Notes: generated by a model not told the origin, from the letters alone. Positions 37,198 to 51,126 are shown, numbered from the whole stretch's first letter. The stretch: DNA of 63,958 nt, filler included, from Lama guanicoe (GCA_013239625.1; 78 parts of 76 records of this genome joined end to end with filler, not necessarily neighbours in it), one strand, 5' to 3'. Numbers and translations are program-made.

Positions 37198-38788
37198 GCT
37201 TCTATATTCTCTATTCTATATTCTATATTTTGTGATCTTCATTCTACATTTTAAATTCTATTTTCTGCATTTCATTCAATATTCTGTATTCTATATTTTA
37301 ATTCTGTGTTCGACAATCTATATTCTGCATTTCGTATTCTACATTCTATTTTCTGTGTTCTACATTCTATACTCTAAATTCTATATTCAGTATTCTGTAT
37401 TCTGTATTCAATATTNNNNNNNNNNNNNNNNNNNNNNNNNNNNNNNNNNNNNNNNNNNNNNNNNNNNNNNNNNNNNNNNNNNNNNNNNNNNNNNNNNNNN
37501 NNNNNNNNNNNNNNNNNNNNNNNNNNNNNNNNNNNNNNNNNNNNNNNNNNNNNNNNNNNNNNNNNNNNNNNNNNNNNNNNNNNNNNNNNNNNNNNNNNNN
37601 NNNNNNNNNNNNNNNNNNNNNNNNNNNNNNNNNNNNNNNNNNNNNNNNNNNNNNNNNNNNNNNNNNNNNNNNNNNNNNNNNNNNNNNNNNNNNNNNNNNN
37701 NNNNNNNNNNNNNNNNNNNNNNNNNNNNNNNNNNNNNNNNNNNNNNNNNNNNNNNNNNNTAAATTCAGGTTCTACATTCTCTCTCATTTATTCTACATTT
37801 TGTGTTCTTAATTCTATATTCTACATTCTATATTCTGCATTCCGTTTTATATATTCTAAGTACTTTGTTCTACATTCTATATTCTAAATTCATTAGTCAG
37901 TATTCTGTATTCTATATTCTTTATTCTGTGTTCTACACTCTATATTCTAAATCCTTTATCCAGTATTCCGTATTCTAAATTCTATATGCTGAGTTCTTCA
38001 TTCAATATTCTAAATTGTATATTCAGTGTTCAGAATTCTATATTCTAAATTCTTTGTTTTGCATTCCATGTTCTAATATCTGGTTTCTATATTCTCTCTT
38101 CAATATTCTATATGCTGTGTTCTTCATTCTATATTCTAAATTCTATATTCTGCATTGGGTAATCTATATTCTAAATTCTGTGTTTCACATTCTATATTCT
38201 AAATTCTCTATTCAGTATTCTGTATTCTATATTCTNNNNNNNNNNNNNNNNNNNNNNNNNNNNNNNNNNNNNNNNNNNNTTAATTAATTAANNNNNNNNN
38301 NNNNNNNNNNNNNNNNNNNNNNNNNNNNNNNNNNNAGAATTTAGAACATGGAATGCAGAACAAAGAATTTAGAGTATAGAATACTGAACACAAAATATAT
38401 AATTAAGAATATAGAAAGAAGAACACAGAATATAGAATAGAGAATTTAGAACATGGAATGCAGAACACAGAATTTAGATTATAGAATATATAATACTGAA
38501 TATAGAATTTAGAATATAGAATGTAAATAATGCAGAATACTGAATGCAGAATATAGAATACAGAATATAGAATGTAGAACACAGAATATAAAATATGGAA
38601 ACAGAATATAGAACCCAGAATTTAAATATGGAATGCAGAACACATAATTTAGAATATAGAATACAGAACGCTGAATATAGGATTTAGACTATAGAATGTG
38701 GAACACAGGATATAGAATATGGAAAAGAGGATATAGAAACCAGAATTTAGAACATGGAATTCAGAACACAGAGTTTAGATTTTAGAAT
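37198..38788. repeat. Satellite B, two scaffolds (37198-38235, 38336-38788)
   Basis: Heptamer arrays in opposite orientations. Confidence 0.95.
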
Positions 38789-39450
38789 NNNNNNNNNNNN
38801 NNNNNNNNNNNNNNNNNNNNNNNNNNNNNNNNTTAATTAATTAANNNNNNNNNNNNNNNNNNNNNNNNNNNNNNNNNNNNNNNNNNNNAAAAAAAATTAC
38901 TTTATACCAGTAATGACACCATTTATTTCTAATTTTATAATTATTTTTCTTTAATCATCTTAGACAAATCATCAGTAACTTATTAGCAACAAAATGTTAA
39001 AAAAACAAATGAGAACACCATAAGAATTTAATGGAACACAAACTAGACTCACATATAAGAAAAGTAGTTCTCTGTATTAAAAAGAGAGAGAAATTATATT
39101 GAATATGGGGGGAAACCCACATGACTAACATATAGAAACATGAAGTATTTATAGAAAACAGAATGAAAACCAAAATATAGATTGAAAGTACTTCTGCAAC
39201 AATATTATTAGTAGAATGAAGAAATGACTCAATTTAGCTTAAATTATCCCCATTTAGACAATGTGTACCATGTGGCAAGATCAAGCAAAATTCAGTCTAT
39301 GAGAACTCTGTATTAACCTGTAGAACTTAAGTAAAGACTTATTTTGTGCANNNNNNNNNNNNNNNNNNNNNNNNNNNNNNNNNNNNNNNNNNNNTTAATT
39401 AATTAANNNNNNNNNNNNNNNNNNNNNNNNNNNNNNNNNNNNNNNNNNNN

Positions 39451-41449
39451 TAGAATGTAGAACACAGTATAAAGAATATAGAATACGGAATGCAGAATAA
39501 AGAATGTAGAATATAGAAGAAAGAACACAGAATATAGAATATATAAAAGAGAATATCGAACGCAGAATATAGAACATGGAATGTAGAACACAGAATATAG
39601 AATATAGAATAGAGAATTTCGAACATGGAATGCAGAACCAAGAATTTAGAATATAGAATACAGAATACTGAATACAGAATTTAGAATATAGAATACAGAA
39701 TACTGAATACAGAATTTAGAATATATAATACAGTATACTGAACATAGAATTTAGAACATAGAATGCAGAACACAGAATTTAGAATATACAAAACAGAATA
39801 CTGAATACAGAATTTAGAATATAGAAAGTAGAACACATAATATAGAATATAGAATAGAGAATTTCGAACATGGAATGCAGAACACTTAATTTAGAATATA
39901 GAATACAGAATACTGAATATAGAATTTGGAATATAAAAGGTAGAACACAGAATATATAATGTAGAATACGGAATGCAGAATATAGAATACAGAATATAGA
40001 TTAGAACACAGAATATAAAATATGGAAAAGAGAATATAGAAACCAGAAATTAGAACATGGCATGCAGAACACAGAATTTATAATATAGAATACAGTATAC
40101 CTAATATAGGATTTAGAATATAGAATGAAGAACACAGAATTTAATATATAGAATAAAGAATACTGAATATAGAATTAAGAACATTGAAAGTAGAACATAG
40201 ATTATAGATTATAGAATACAGAATTTAGAACACGGAATGCAGAACACAGAATTTAGAATATAGAATNNNNNNNNNNNNNNNNNNNNNNNNNNNNNNNNNN
40301 NNNNNNNNNNTTAATTAATTAANNNNNNNNNNNNNNNNNNNNNNNNNNNNNNNNNNNNNNNNNNNNCTTCATTCAATATTTTAAATTCTATTTTCTGCAT
40401 TCCGTTCAGCATTCTCTATACTGTATTCTAAATTATGTGTTCTACATTCTATATTCCTCATTCGGTATCTATATTCTTTTTTCTGTGTTCTACATTCTAT
40501 ACTCTAAATTCTATATTTTGTATTCTGTATTCTATATTCTAAATTCTGTGATTTACATTCTATATTCTAGATTATATATTCAGTGTTCTGTATTCTATAT
40601 TCTAAATTCTGTGTTCTGCATTCCATGCTCTATATTCAGGATTCTAAATTCTATATTCTGTGTTCTTCATTCTATATTCTAAATTGTATATTCAGTATTC
40701 TCTATTCTATATTCTAAATCCAGAGTTCTGCATACAATGTTCTATATACATTGTTCTATATCCTGTATTCTATATTCAATTTTCTGTGTTCTTCATTCTA
40801 TATTCTTAATTCTATATTCTTCATTGTGTATTCTATATNNNNNNNNNNNNNNNNNNNNNNNNNNNNNNNNNNNNNNNNNNNNNNNNNNNNNNNNNNNNNN
40901 NNNNNNNNNNNNNNNNNNNNNNNNNNNNNNNNNNNNNNNNNNNNNNNNNNNNNNNNNNNNNNNNNNNNNNNNNNNNNNNNNNNNNNNNNNNNNNNNNNNN
41001 NNNNNNNNNNNNNNNNNNNNNNNNNNNNNNNNNNNNNNNNNNNNNNNNNNNNNNNNNNNNNNNNNNNNNNNNNNNNNNNNNNNNNNNNNNNNNNNNNNNN
41101 NNNNNNNNNNNNNNNNNNNNNNNNNNNNNNNNNNNNNNNNNNNNNNNNNNNNNNNNNNNNNNNNNNNNNNNNNNNNNNNNNNNNNNNNNNNNNNNNNNNN
41201 NNNNNNNNNNNNNNNNNNNNNNNNNNNNNNNNNNNNNNNNNNNNNNNNNNNNNNNNNNNNNNNNNNNNNNNNNNNNNNNNNNNNNNNNNNNNNNNNNNNN
41301 NNNNNNNNNNNNNNNNNNNNNNNNNNNNNNNNNNNNNNNNNNNNNNNNTATTCTGTATATTCTAAATTTTATGTTCTGTATTCCATGTTCTAAATACTGT
41401 GTTCTGAATTGTGTTTTCCATATTCTATATTCTGTGTTCTAAATTCTAT
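39451..41449. repeat. Satellite B, two scaffolds (39451-40266, 40367-41449)
   Basis: For example TAGAATA CAGAATA CTGAATA CAGAATT TAGAATA is repeated in tandem at 39654-39723. Confidence 0.95.
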
Positions 41450-44222
41450 NNNNNNNNNNNNNNNNNNNNNNNNNNNNNNNNNNNNNNNNNNNNTTAATTA
41501 ATTAANNNNNNNNNNNNNNNNNNNNNNNNNNNNNNNNNNNNNNNNNNNNTTAATCCAGATACTTGCTGAACTAATTTATGCTCTAGAGCCTGGGCAAAGG
41601 GGAGTTGCCTGGCAGGGAGGCTTGAAACATCCCACAGTTCCCTCAAAAATTCCAGATTCCAAATCTTGACTTTGGAGATCTGCTTCCTCAGAGGTCCTCA
41701 TTTTGTGAGCGTCTGGATACTGAAGTACACATACAAACATTTGAGAAAAACCTTCACTAAAATTGGAGAATGTGTCACATTAAGGTGGTGCTGACAGTGC
41801 TCCTTTACCCTGACTTTCAACAAAACNNNNNNNNNNNNNNNNNNNNNNNNNNNNNNNNNNNNNNNNNNNNNNNNNNNNNNNNNNNNNNNNNNNNNNNNNN
41901 NNNNNNNNNNNNNNNNGATATTTATCAAATAAGATAATGCCATTTTCTATCTCCTTAGGTTTTTATAAGGATTTAATTAAATAACACATGCAAAGCACTT
42001 GGGAAGGTACCTGGCAAAAGTGCTTGATAATACTTATTGTCATTTCCTGTAGTAGTATCCAGAATAATTGTTGCATTTTCAGCCAACAGTGAACTTAGGG
42101 TTATATGAAACTATAACCTCCCACTTTCAAGTTTCTTTCTCTTCTTATACTTGCTACATAAGGATAGATATCTTTAAAGTATGTTTGGCTATTCAATAAA
42201 ATATACTAAAATGAAATATATTTTCCTGGAGCAGGAAGAACAGTAGATGAGCTTGCAAACAAGCGCATGCAAACCAGTTTTAACGTTTATAACATAAAAT
42301 ATTAAAGAAGGCCCCTTGACATCAGTTTTTATATCCCAAATCATTCCAATATGTAAGTTTGGCTTATGTAGAAGAGGTAATATCTTCTCTCCTAAAAATA
42401 TCTCTTCTGAAAGATTCTTCTCTGGAGCTCTTTATTTCAGAAGTGTGAGAGTGTCCAGAGTAACCCAGCTTCCTTAAAACTGAAACAAGTTTATTCTTTA
42501 ATTCTCTGGAGAAGTACAAGAATAGAAGGGTTTTCTGTGTAAAAAAGTACNNNNNNNNNNNNNNNNNNNNNNNNNNNNNNNNNNNNNNNNNNNNTTAATT
42601 AATTAANNNNNNNNNNNNNNNNNNNNNNNNNNNNNNNNNNNNNNNNNNNNGGAATCTTTGACTGAACTTTAATATGTATTAGGCCTCCATTTTTCAAGAA
42701 ATTATATGTAAATATTAAAAGTCAGATAGGGAACTGAACAGTAAAAGTCGCCAATGACATTAAAGATACAGATTATGAGGACCGTCTTTCAGTTGAGTCA
42801 AGCCCCCGGGAGCTCTACAGCATGGGTTTGCAGACTTGGTTGCGTTAAATTGCTTTACCTAACATGATCGGATGATTAAGCGTTCTCATCACTGATAAAA
42901 GAACACCTGGCTCTCAGTTGACTAGCATGGCTGCAGCAGGGTTCTCATAGCTACAATGCTTCTAGGTAATTTTGCATTCAAACATAAATGTATATATTTG
43001 GTTTGTTTTCTCTTGTATTTCCGAGAGAGGAATGTTACCCCTTGAAATGCTATCATTGCCCAGTAGGTGTTATTGGGAGGAAAGGGCACCACATGCACAA
43101 GTGAATAAAAGGTTGGGGGTTAATTCATGTTTCCAATAGATATTTCATGGTTCCTGTTGGTTTCGGAGGCTTCAAAAGGAAAGAGTTGACATGACNNNNN
43201 NNNNNNNNNNNNNNNNNNNNNNNNNNNNNNNNNNNNNNNNNNNNNNNNNNNNNNNNNNNNNNNNNNNNNNNNNNNNNNNNNNNNNNNNNNNNNNNNNNNN
43301 NNNNNNNNNNNNNNNNNNNNNNNNNNNNNNNNNNNNNNNNNNNNNNNNNNNNNNNNNNNNNNNNNNNNNNNNNNNNNNNNNNNNNNNNNNNNNNNNNNNN
43401 NNNNNNNNNNNNNNNNNNNNNNNNNNNNNNNNNNNNNNNNNNNNNNNNNNNNNNNNNNNNNNNNNNNNNNNNNNNNNNNNNNNNNNNNNNNNNNNNNNNN
43501 NNNNNNNNNNNNNNNNNNNNNNNNNNNNNNNNNNNNNNNNNNNNNNNNNNNNNNNNNNNNNNNNNNNNNNNNNNNNNNNNNNNNNNNNNNNNNNNNNNNN
43601 NNNNNNNNNNNNNNNNNNNNNNNNNNNNNNNNNNNNNNNNNNNNNNNNNNNNNNNNNNNNNNNNNNNNNNNNNNNNNNNNNNNNNNNNNNNNNNNNNNNN
43701 NNNNNNNNNNNNNNNNNNNNNNNNNNNNNNNNNNNNNNNNNNNNNNNNNNNNNNNNNNNNNNNNNNNNNNNNNNNNNNNNNNNNNNNNNNNNNNNNNNNN
43801 NNNNNNNNNNNNNNNNNNNNNNNNNNNNNNNNNNNNNNNNNNNNNNNNNNNNNNNNNNNNNNNNNNNNNNNNNNNNNNNNNNNNNNNNNNNNNNNNNNNN
43901 NNNNNNNNNNNNNNNNNNNNNNNNNNNNNNNNNNNNNNNNNNNNNNNNNNNNNNNNNNNNNNNNNNNNNNNNNNNNNNNNNNNNNNNNNNATCTGGAGTG
44001 CGTTGTGGGATGTGGTGGGTCATATCAAGAGAGCAAACTGACCCGTGACCCCAATGAGAATGCAACCACACTTGCGCGCGCGGTTGAGATAACAAATATG
44101 TCCCATGGCCACACTCAGTGCANNNNNNNNNNNNNNNNNNNNNNNNNNNNNNNNNNNNNNNNNNNNTTAATTAATTAANNNNNNNNNNNNNNNNNNNNNN
44201 NNNNNNNNNNNNNNNNNNNNNN

Positions 44223-45034
44223 ATGCAGATTTCAAAAATGCAGTGATCTAAGTAGTGAAGGAAATAAAAGAATTAGTGTTTAGATATATAAAATATGTCA
44301 AAAATGAAATGGAAGCTATAAGGAAGAGCCGGGTAGAATAGAACCCGTTGACTGAGATGAGGAATGATTTAAAGGTGTAGCAATGCTGACAATATAGTGC
44401 AGAGGAACGAATTAGTGACTTATAAGACAGGACAATAAAAAGCAATTAAAGGTGTAGCAATGCTGACAATATAGTGCAGAGGAACGAATTAGTGACTTAT
44501 AAGACAGGACAATAAAAAGCAGCCAATCAGTAGAGCTACAAGAGAAACAACAAGAAACAAATTAGAAAACCATAAGGAACCTATGGGATAGTAAAATCAT
44601 GCCAAACTTGGCATGATAAATGTCACAGAAGGGGAAGAAAGATCAAAGTGGATTGCAAAGGTTTTTGTAGATATCATGACTGAGAACTTCCTAAACTTAA
44701 AGAAGGAATCAGATATCCAATACAGGAAGCTCTGAGTGCCCCAAACAGGAAGAACCCAAATACACCCATACCAAGACATATAATTAAGACTCCCAGAGTA
44801 AAGGATAACGAAATGATCCAAAAGACACCAAGACAATAGCAAAGAGTGTGTTTCAAGGGAATCCCCATAAGGCTCCCAGCTGATTTCACTGCACAAATAC
44901 TACAGGCCAGAAGGGAGTGGCAAAATATATTCAAAGTCCTGAATGAAAAATATTGTATACCCTAGGATACTTAAACCAGCAAGGTTATTCTTTTTGGTAG
45001 AAGGAGACATAAAGAATTTCACACACAAGAAAAA
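44223..45034 (+). mobile_element. LINE-1 ORF1 fragment with an exact 77-bp-period duplication (44369-44521)
   Basis: 'gagaacttcctaaac', 'ccaagacatataattaag', 'aagggaatccccataaggctcccagctgatttc', 'caggccagaagggagtggcaaaatatattcaaagtcctg' (ENFP, PRHIII, GIPIRL.ADF, ARREW..IFKVL motifs). Confidence 0.9.
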
Positions 45035-45134
45035 NNNNNNNNNNNNNNNNNNNNNNNNNNNNNNNNNNNNNNNNNNNNTTAATTAATTAANNNNNNNNNN
45101 NNNNNNNNNNNNNNNNNNNNNNNNNNNNNNNNNN

Positions 45135-45604
45135 ACTCAATATTCTGTGTTGTACATTCAATATTCTAAATTCTATATTGAGTGTTCCGTATTCTATATT
45201 CTAAATTCTGTGTTCTCCTTTCCATGTTTTTAATTCTGGATTCTATATTCACTATTCTACATTCTATATTCTGTGTTCTACATTCTATATTCTAAATTCT
45301 ATATTCAGTATTCTTTATTCTATATTCTAAATTCTGTGTTCTACATTCTATATTCTAAATTGTATATTCAGTATTCAGTATTAGTATTATATATTCGATA
45401 TTCTGAGTTCTGATTTCCATGTTCCAAAATCTGGCTTAAATATCCTCTAAGCTGTATTTTTTCTTCTGTTTTTTACGTTCTATATTCTAAATTATATGTT
45501 CAGTATTATGTATTCTTTATTCAATATTCCGTGTTCTACATTCAATTATTTTTATTTTTTTATTAAGTATTCTGTATACTATATTCGAAATTCTGTTTTA
45601 TGCA
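45135..45604 (-). repeat. Satellite B (more diverged at the 3' end)
   Basis: TATTCTA-type heptamers. Confidence 0.9.
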
Positions 45605-45814
45605 NNNNNNNNNNNNNNNNNNNNNNNNNNNNNNNNNNNNNNNNNNNNTTAATTAATTAANNNNNNNNNNNNNNNNNNNNNNNNNNNNNNNNNNNNNNNN
45701 NNNNAGTATCTTAACTTTAATCTATTTTGCCACTTTTTAAGTCAAGTGTTCCCGTTTTGCTCTTCTGTGAGTGCAGTATAACGCACTGGTTTATCATGTA
45801 ATATTTGGAGGTAA

Positions 45815-46020
45815 CACACCAGGGTTCAAGTCTCAGTTTTAGCCTCGTTTGCGAACATGCCATCGGGGAGTTACTTAGGTTTCCCGTGTCTCGGTTTCTC
45901 ATCTGCAAAATAAAAATATTATTGGTTCCTATATCATAGTGTTCTTTCAAAAGTTAAATATCCTTCTTCACCCAAAGCATTAGAATTGTTCCTAGAAAAT
46001 AGTAAATGCTCAGTCATTAG
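45815..46020. mobile_element. MIR SINE fragment
   Basis: 'gggttcaagtctcag', 'gagttacttag...tgtctcggtttctcatctgcaaaat', 'tagtaaatgctca'. Confidence 0.75.
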
Positions 46021-46256
46021 TCAGATAGTCAGAATTCAGTCTTGATTCTTCTTGGTCTTATACTCCATACATTTTAAAGCCAGCATTTCAAATAGTTTAG
46101 TAAACTGTCTCCAGATTCTGAACTGAAATTTCACTGAGTTTATAGAGTAGAGTAANNNNNNNNNNNNNNNNNNNNNNNNNNNNNNNNNNNNNNNNNNNNT
46201 TAATTAATTAANNNNNNNNNNNNNNNNNNNNNNNNNNNNNNNNNNNNNNNNNNNNC

Positions 46257-46433
<177 letters not shown>

Positions 46434-46576
46434 GGAGGGTAGGAGGAGGTGGAGGAGGAGGAGGATGTGGAGGAGGANNNNNNNNNNNNNNNNNNNNNNN
46501 NNNNNNNNNNNNNNNNNNNNNNNNNNNNNNNNNGGAGGAGGAGGAGGTGGAGGAGGAGGAGGAGGTGGAGGAGGAT
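46434..46576 (+). repeat. (GGA)n-rich low-complexity tract
   Basis: GGA/GGT/GAT triplets read directly. Confidence 0.9.
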
Positions 46577-46890
46577 TATTACAATAATTCTCAAGATTCG
46601 ATCTAATTTCGAAAAAAAATATTTAATTAAAGCTACTTCATACGCAACTGTTGACAAAGAAAGTAATTGCAGCCAGTCTTCCAGATAGCCTGCAATGAAT
46701 TCAAAAGTTGAATGATGGAGAATTAACTGGATAAATCAAGCTGGAAGTAGATTTACCACTGGTGCAGCATTTGGCCTCTAATGAAAAGAGCCAGAAGCAG
46801 TCTTTCAATGGAATCTCAAAGTACGCTCAGTTCTTTCCTGGTTTCCAGGACCAGGAAGAGCAGTACTACCTTTCTCTACCTAAAAAGGAA

Positions 46891-47178
46891 TGTGGAGGAG
46901 TAGGAGGAGGTGGAGGAGGAGGAGGAGGTGGAGAAGGAGGAGGTGGAGGAGAAGGTGGAGGAGAAGGAGGAGGTTGAGGAGAAGGAGGAGGTGGAGGAGG
47001 AGGAGGAGGATGTGGAGGAGGAGGATGTGCAGGAGGAGAAGGATGTGCAGGAGGAGAAGGATGTGCAGGAGGAGGAGGATGTAGAGGAGAAGGTTGTGGA
47101 GGAGGAGGATGTGGAGGAGGAGGATGTGGAGGAGGTGGTGGAGGAGGAAGAAGAGGTGGAAGAGGAGGAGGTGGTGGA
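46891..47178 (+). repeat. (GGA)n-derived purine-rich tract with 15-18-bp subunits (e.g. GGAGGAGAAGGATGTGCA)
   Basis: Read directly. It generates the poly-E, poly-R and poly-G ORFs in the track. Confidence 0.92.
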
Positions 47179-48265
47179 NNNNNNNNNNNNNNNNNNNNNN
47201 NNNNNNNNNNNNNNNNNNNNNNTTAATTAATTAANNNNNNNNNNNNNNNNNNNNNNNNNNNNNNNNNNNNNNNNNNNNATTACTCCACAGTAAAAAAGAA
47301 GAGATGATTGAACCTTTACACTGACCTCAGTAAAACCACAGCAAGAGATTGCTATTTGCCAAAGGGATGAAAATTCAAGCCTTAATCAGATGATTTTTTA
47401 CATGAATGGATGCTATGTTTTTCTCTGTATAGCTTCCAAATTTTGTGATGTTTAACACACTTACATTTCTGTCTTTCAGCCAGAGGTCCTCTGCAACAAG
47501 CTGATAGCCCACAGNNNNNNNNNNNNNNNNNNNNNNNNNNNNATCTATGTGGCTGTCATGATTTTCACCAAAAGCATTAAATAAACCTGTAAAATAGGAA
47601 CACAGACAGAATAAATCACAGCCAACAAACTTCCTGTTAATAATGACATGCCTATGAAAGGAGGCATGACTCACGTAAACTGACTTAGTTTTTAAAAGTT
47701 ATCAGTAGTTTCCACTGTCTTAGGAAGTTTTTTTTTTCCCCCCTGGCATAATTATAACCAAAATTTAACTTCCTAGAAGAAAATACTATCATTTAGTGTT
47801 TGGTTTTGTCTGCATACCTGTCTCTATCTTATATTAATTCCAAAAGTCAAAAGTGATTGTAGAATGTAAAAAATAAAAATGTATTTAAAAAATTTAACTG
47901 GAAAAATGTCAGAGACCACAATTATCCTAATTTGGAAAGACTAAGAAGAAAAAGGAAAAAAGAAGAAGAAAAGTTGAGCTCTATCAAAGATATACTGTAT
48001 TGTTATTAATGAGCTTCATACAGCTCCTTCATGAAGCAAAGAAAACTAACACACTATATTATAAAAGACAGAAATTTTGTACTGCAGTCTTCATTGTACC
48101 ACTTAATCTGTATAATTAAATATATTAAATTTCAGAAATAAAGGGCAATTTATAATCTAATCCTGNNNNNNNNNNNNNNNNNNNNNNNNNNNNNNNNNNN
48201 NNNNNNNNNTTAATTAATTAANNNNNNNNNNNNNNNNNNNNNNNNNNNNNNNNNNNNNNNNNNNN

Positions 48266-49950
48266 TTCACTGTAAAACCGAGCTGGAGCTTGTACCCCCC
48301 ATACATATGTATGGGGTTGAGTGTACAACTGAAGAGAAAGTTTGTGTTCCACACAAGCTAGGTGAAGGACGGCTTTCACACACTCTTAACCCTCAAACTG
48401 AGCATGTGGAGAAACATTAGTTCATCTAGCACCAAGGGAACAGGTTGCAAGGAAACACTTACTCTGGTTTCTCAGTCTGTTTCCTAGGGCCGGTTTGAAG
48501 TTCCTGCAGTTTTCACTGTAAAACCGTGTTGGAACTTGTACCTCCCCATACATATGTATGGATTGGATTGTGTAACTGAAGAGAAAGTTTGTTTTCCCCA
48601 CAAGCTAAGTGAAGGACGGCTTTCACACACTCTTAACCCTCAAACTGAGCATGTGGAGAAACATTAGTTCATCTAGCACCAAGGGAACAGGTTGCAAGGA
48701 AACACTTACTCTGGTTTCTCAGTTTGTTTCCAAGTGCCGGTTTGAAGTTCCTGCAGTTTTCACCGTAAAACCGAGTTGGAGCTTGTACCTCCCCATATAT
48801 ATGTATGGATTGGTTTTTGAAAATAATGAGAAACTTTGTGTTCCCAAAAAGCTTGGTGAAGGACGGCTTTCACACACTCTTAACTCTCAAAACTGAGCAT
48901 GTGGAGAGACATTCGTTCATCTAGCACAAAGGGAACAGGTTGCAGTAGAAACACTTACTCTGGTTTTTCAGTCTGTTTCCTAGTGCCGGTTTGAAATTCC
49001 TGCAGTTTTCACTGTAAAACCGAGTTGGAGCTTGTACCTCCCAATACATATGTATGGAGTGGAGTGTGCAAGTGAAGAGAAAGTTTGTGTTCCACACAAG
49101 CTAGGTGAAGGATGGCTTTCACACACGCTTAACTCTCAAAACTGAGCATGTGGAGAGACNNNNNNNNNNNNNNNNNNNNNNNNNNNNNNNNNNNNNNNNN
49201 NNNTTAATTAATTAANNNNNNNNNNNNNNNNNNNNNNNNNNNNNNNNNNNNNNNNNNNNGTTGCAGGAAAAACACTTACTCTGGTTTCTCAGTCTGTTTC
49301 CTAGTGCCGGTTTGAAGTTCCTGCAGTTTTCACTGAAAAACCGTGTTGGAACTTGTACCTCCCCATACATATGTATGGATTGGATTGTTTAACTGAAGAG
49401 AAAGTTTGTTTTCCCCACAAGCTAGGTGAAGGACGGCTTTCACACACACTTAACCCTCAAAACTGAGCATGTGGAGAAACATTCGTTCATCTAGCACCAA
49501 GGGAACAGGTTGCAGGATAAATAGTTACTCTGGTTTCTCTGTCTGTTTCCTTGTGCCAGTTGGAATTTCCTGCAGTTTTCACCGTAAAATCGAGTTGGAG
49601 CTTGTACCTCCCCATACATATATATGGGGTGGAGTCTGCAACTGAAGAGAAACTTTTTGTTTCCAACAAGCTAGGTGAAGGACGGCTTTCAAACACGCTT
49701 AACTCTCAAAACTGAGCATGTGGAGAGACGTTCGTTCATCTGGCACAAAGGGAACAGTTTGCAGGGAAAACACTTACTCTGGTTTCTCAGTCTGTTTCCT
49801 AGTGCCGGTTTGAATTTCCTGCAGTTTTCACTGTAAAACCGAGCTGGAGCTTGTACCCCCCATACATATGTATGGAGTTGAGTGTGCAACTGAAGAGAAA
49901 ATTTGTGTTCCACACAAGCTAGGTGAAGGACGGCTTTCACACACACTTAA
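48266..49950 (+). repeat. Satellite C (246-249-bp monomer), subfamily 2, two scaffolds
   Basis: 'ttcac(t/c)gtaaaaccg' at 48266, 48512, 48759 and 49008. Confidence 0.97.
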
Positions 49951-50050
49951 NNNNNNNNNNNNNNNNNNNNNNNNNNNNNNNNNNNNNNNNNNNNTTAATT
50001 AATTAANNNNNNNNNNNNNNNNNNNNNNNNNNNNNNNNNNNNNNNNNNNN

Positions 50051-51126
50051 GGAATTTAGAACATGCAATGCAAAAAACAGTATTTAGAATATAGAATACA
50101 GAATACTGAATATAGAATATGAATATTCAATGAAGAACACAAAATTAAGAATAGAGAATACAGAATACTTAATATAGAATTTAGAATATACAATGTAGAC
50201 CACAGAATAAAGAATATAGAATACGGAATGCAGAATATAGAACACGGAATTAAATCATGGAATGTAGAAAACACAATTTATTATATAGAATACAGTATAC
50301 TGAATATCGAATTTAGAATATAGAATGTAGAACACAGAATATGGAATGTAGTATGGAATGCAGAATATTGAATACAGAATATAGAATGTAGAACACAGAA
50401 TTTAGAATATAGAGTATATAATACTGAGATATAGAGTGAAGAACACAGATTATAGAGTATAGAATACAGAATATAGAAACCAAAATTTNNNNNNNNNNNN
50501 NNNNNNNNNNNNNNNNNNNNNNNNNNNNNNNNTTAATTAATTAANNNNNNNNNNNNNNNNNNNNNNNNNNNNNNNNNNNNNNNNNNNNCTCTATTCTCTA
50601 TTCTAAATTCTTTGTTCTACATTGTATATTCATATTCAATATTTGTATTCGATATTCTATATTCTAAATTCTCTTTTCTGCATTCCATGTTCTAAATTTT
50701 GGGTTCTATATTCTGTGTTCTACATTCTATATTCCAAATTATATATTCAGTATTATATACCCTATATTCTAAATTCTGTGTTCTACATTGTATATTCTGT
50801 ATTCAATATTCTGCATTCCGTATTCTACATTCCATATTCTGTGTTCTTCATTCTATATTCTAAATTCAATATTCAGTATTCTCTATTCTATATAATAAAT
50901 TCTGCTTTCTACATTCCATGTTCTTAACTCTGGGTTCTATATTCTCTATTCTATATTCCAGATTTTGTGTTCATCATTCTATATTCTATACTCGATATTC
51001 TATATTCTGCATTCCGTAGTCTATATTCTATATTTTGTGTTCTATATTCGATATTCTAAATTCTACATTCAGTATTGTTTATTCTATATTCTAAGCTCTT
51101 TGTTGTGCATTCCATGTTCTAAATTT
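50051..51126. repeat. Satellite B, two scaffolds
   Basis: Heptamer arrays at 50051-50488 and 50589-51126. Confidence 0.95.

Noticed and set aside
39451..40266. Dense nGAAn words in satellite B as heat-shock elements
   Set aside because: HSEs need alternating inverted nGAAn at 5-bp spacing. Here they are head-to-tail at 7-bp spacing.
42860..42900. C/D-box snoRNA-like words (ATGAT...CTGA)
   Set aside because: The boxes are too close together and there is no terminal stem.
46890..47230. Poly-Glu, poly-Arg (protamine-like) and poly-Gly ORFs
   Set aside because: They are three frames of the same GGA low-complexity tract, with no start context, splice sites or unique domain.
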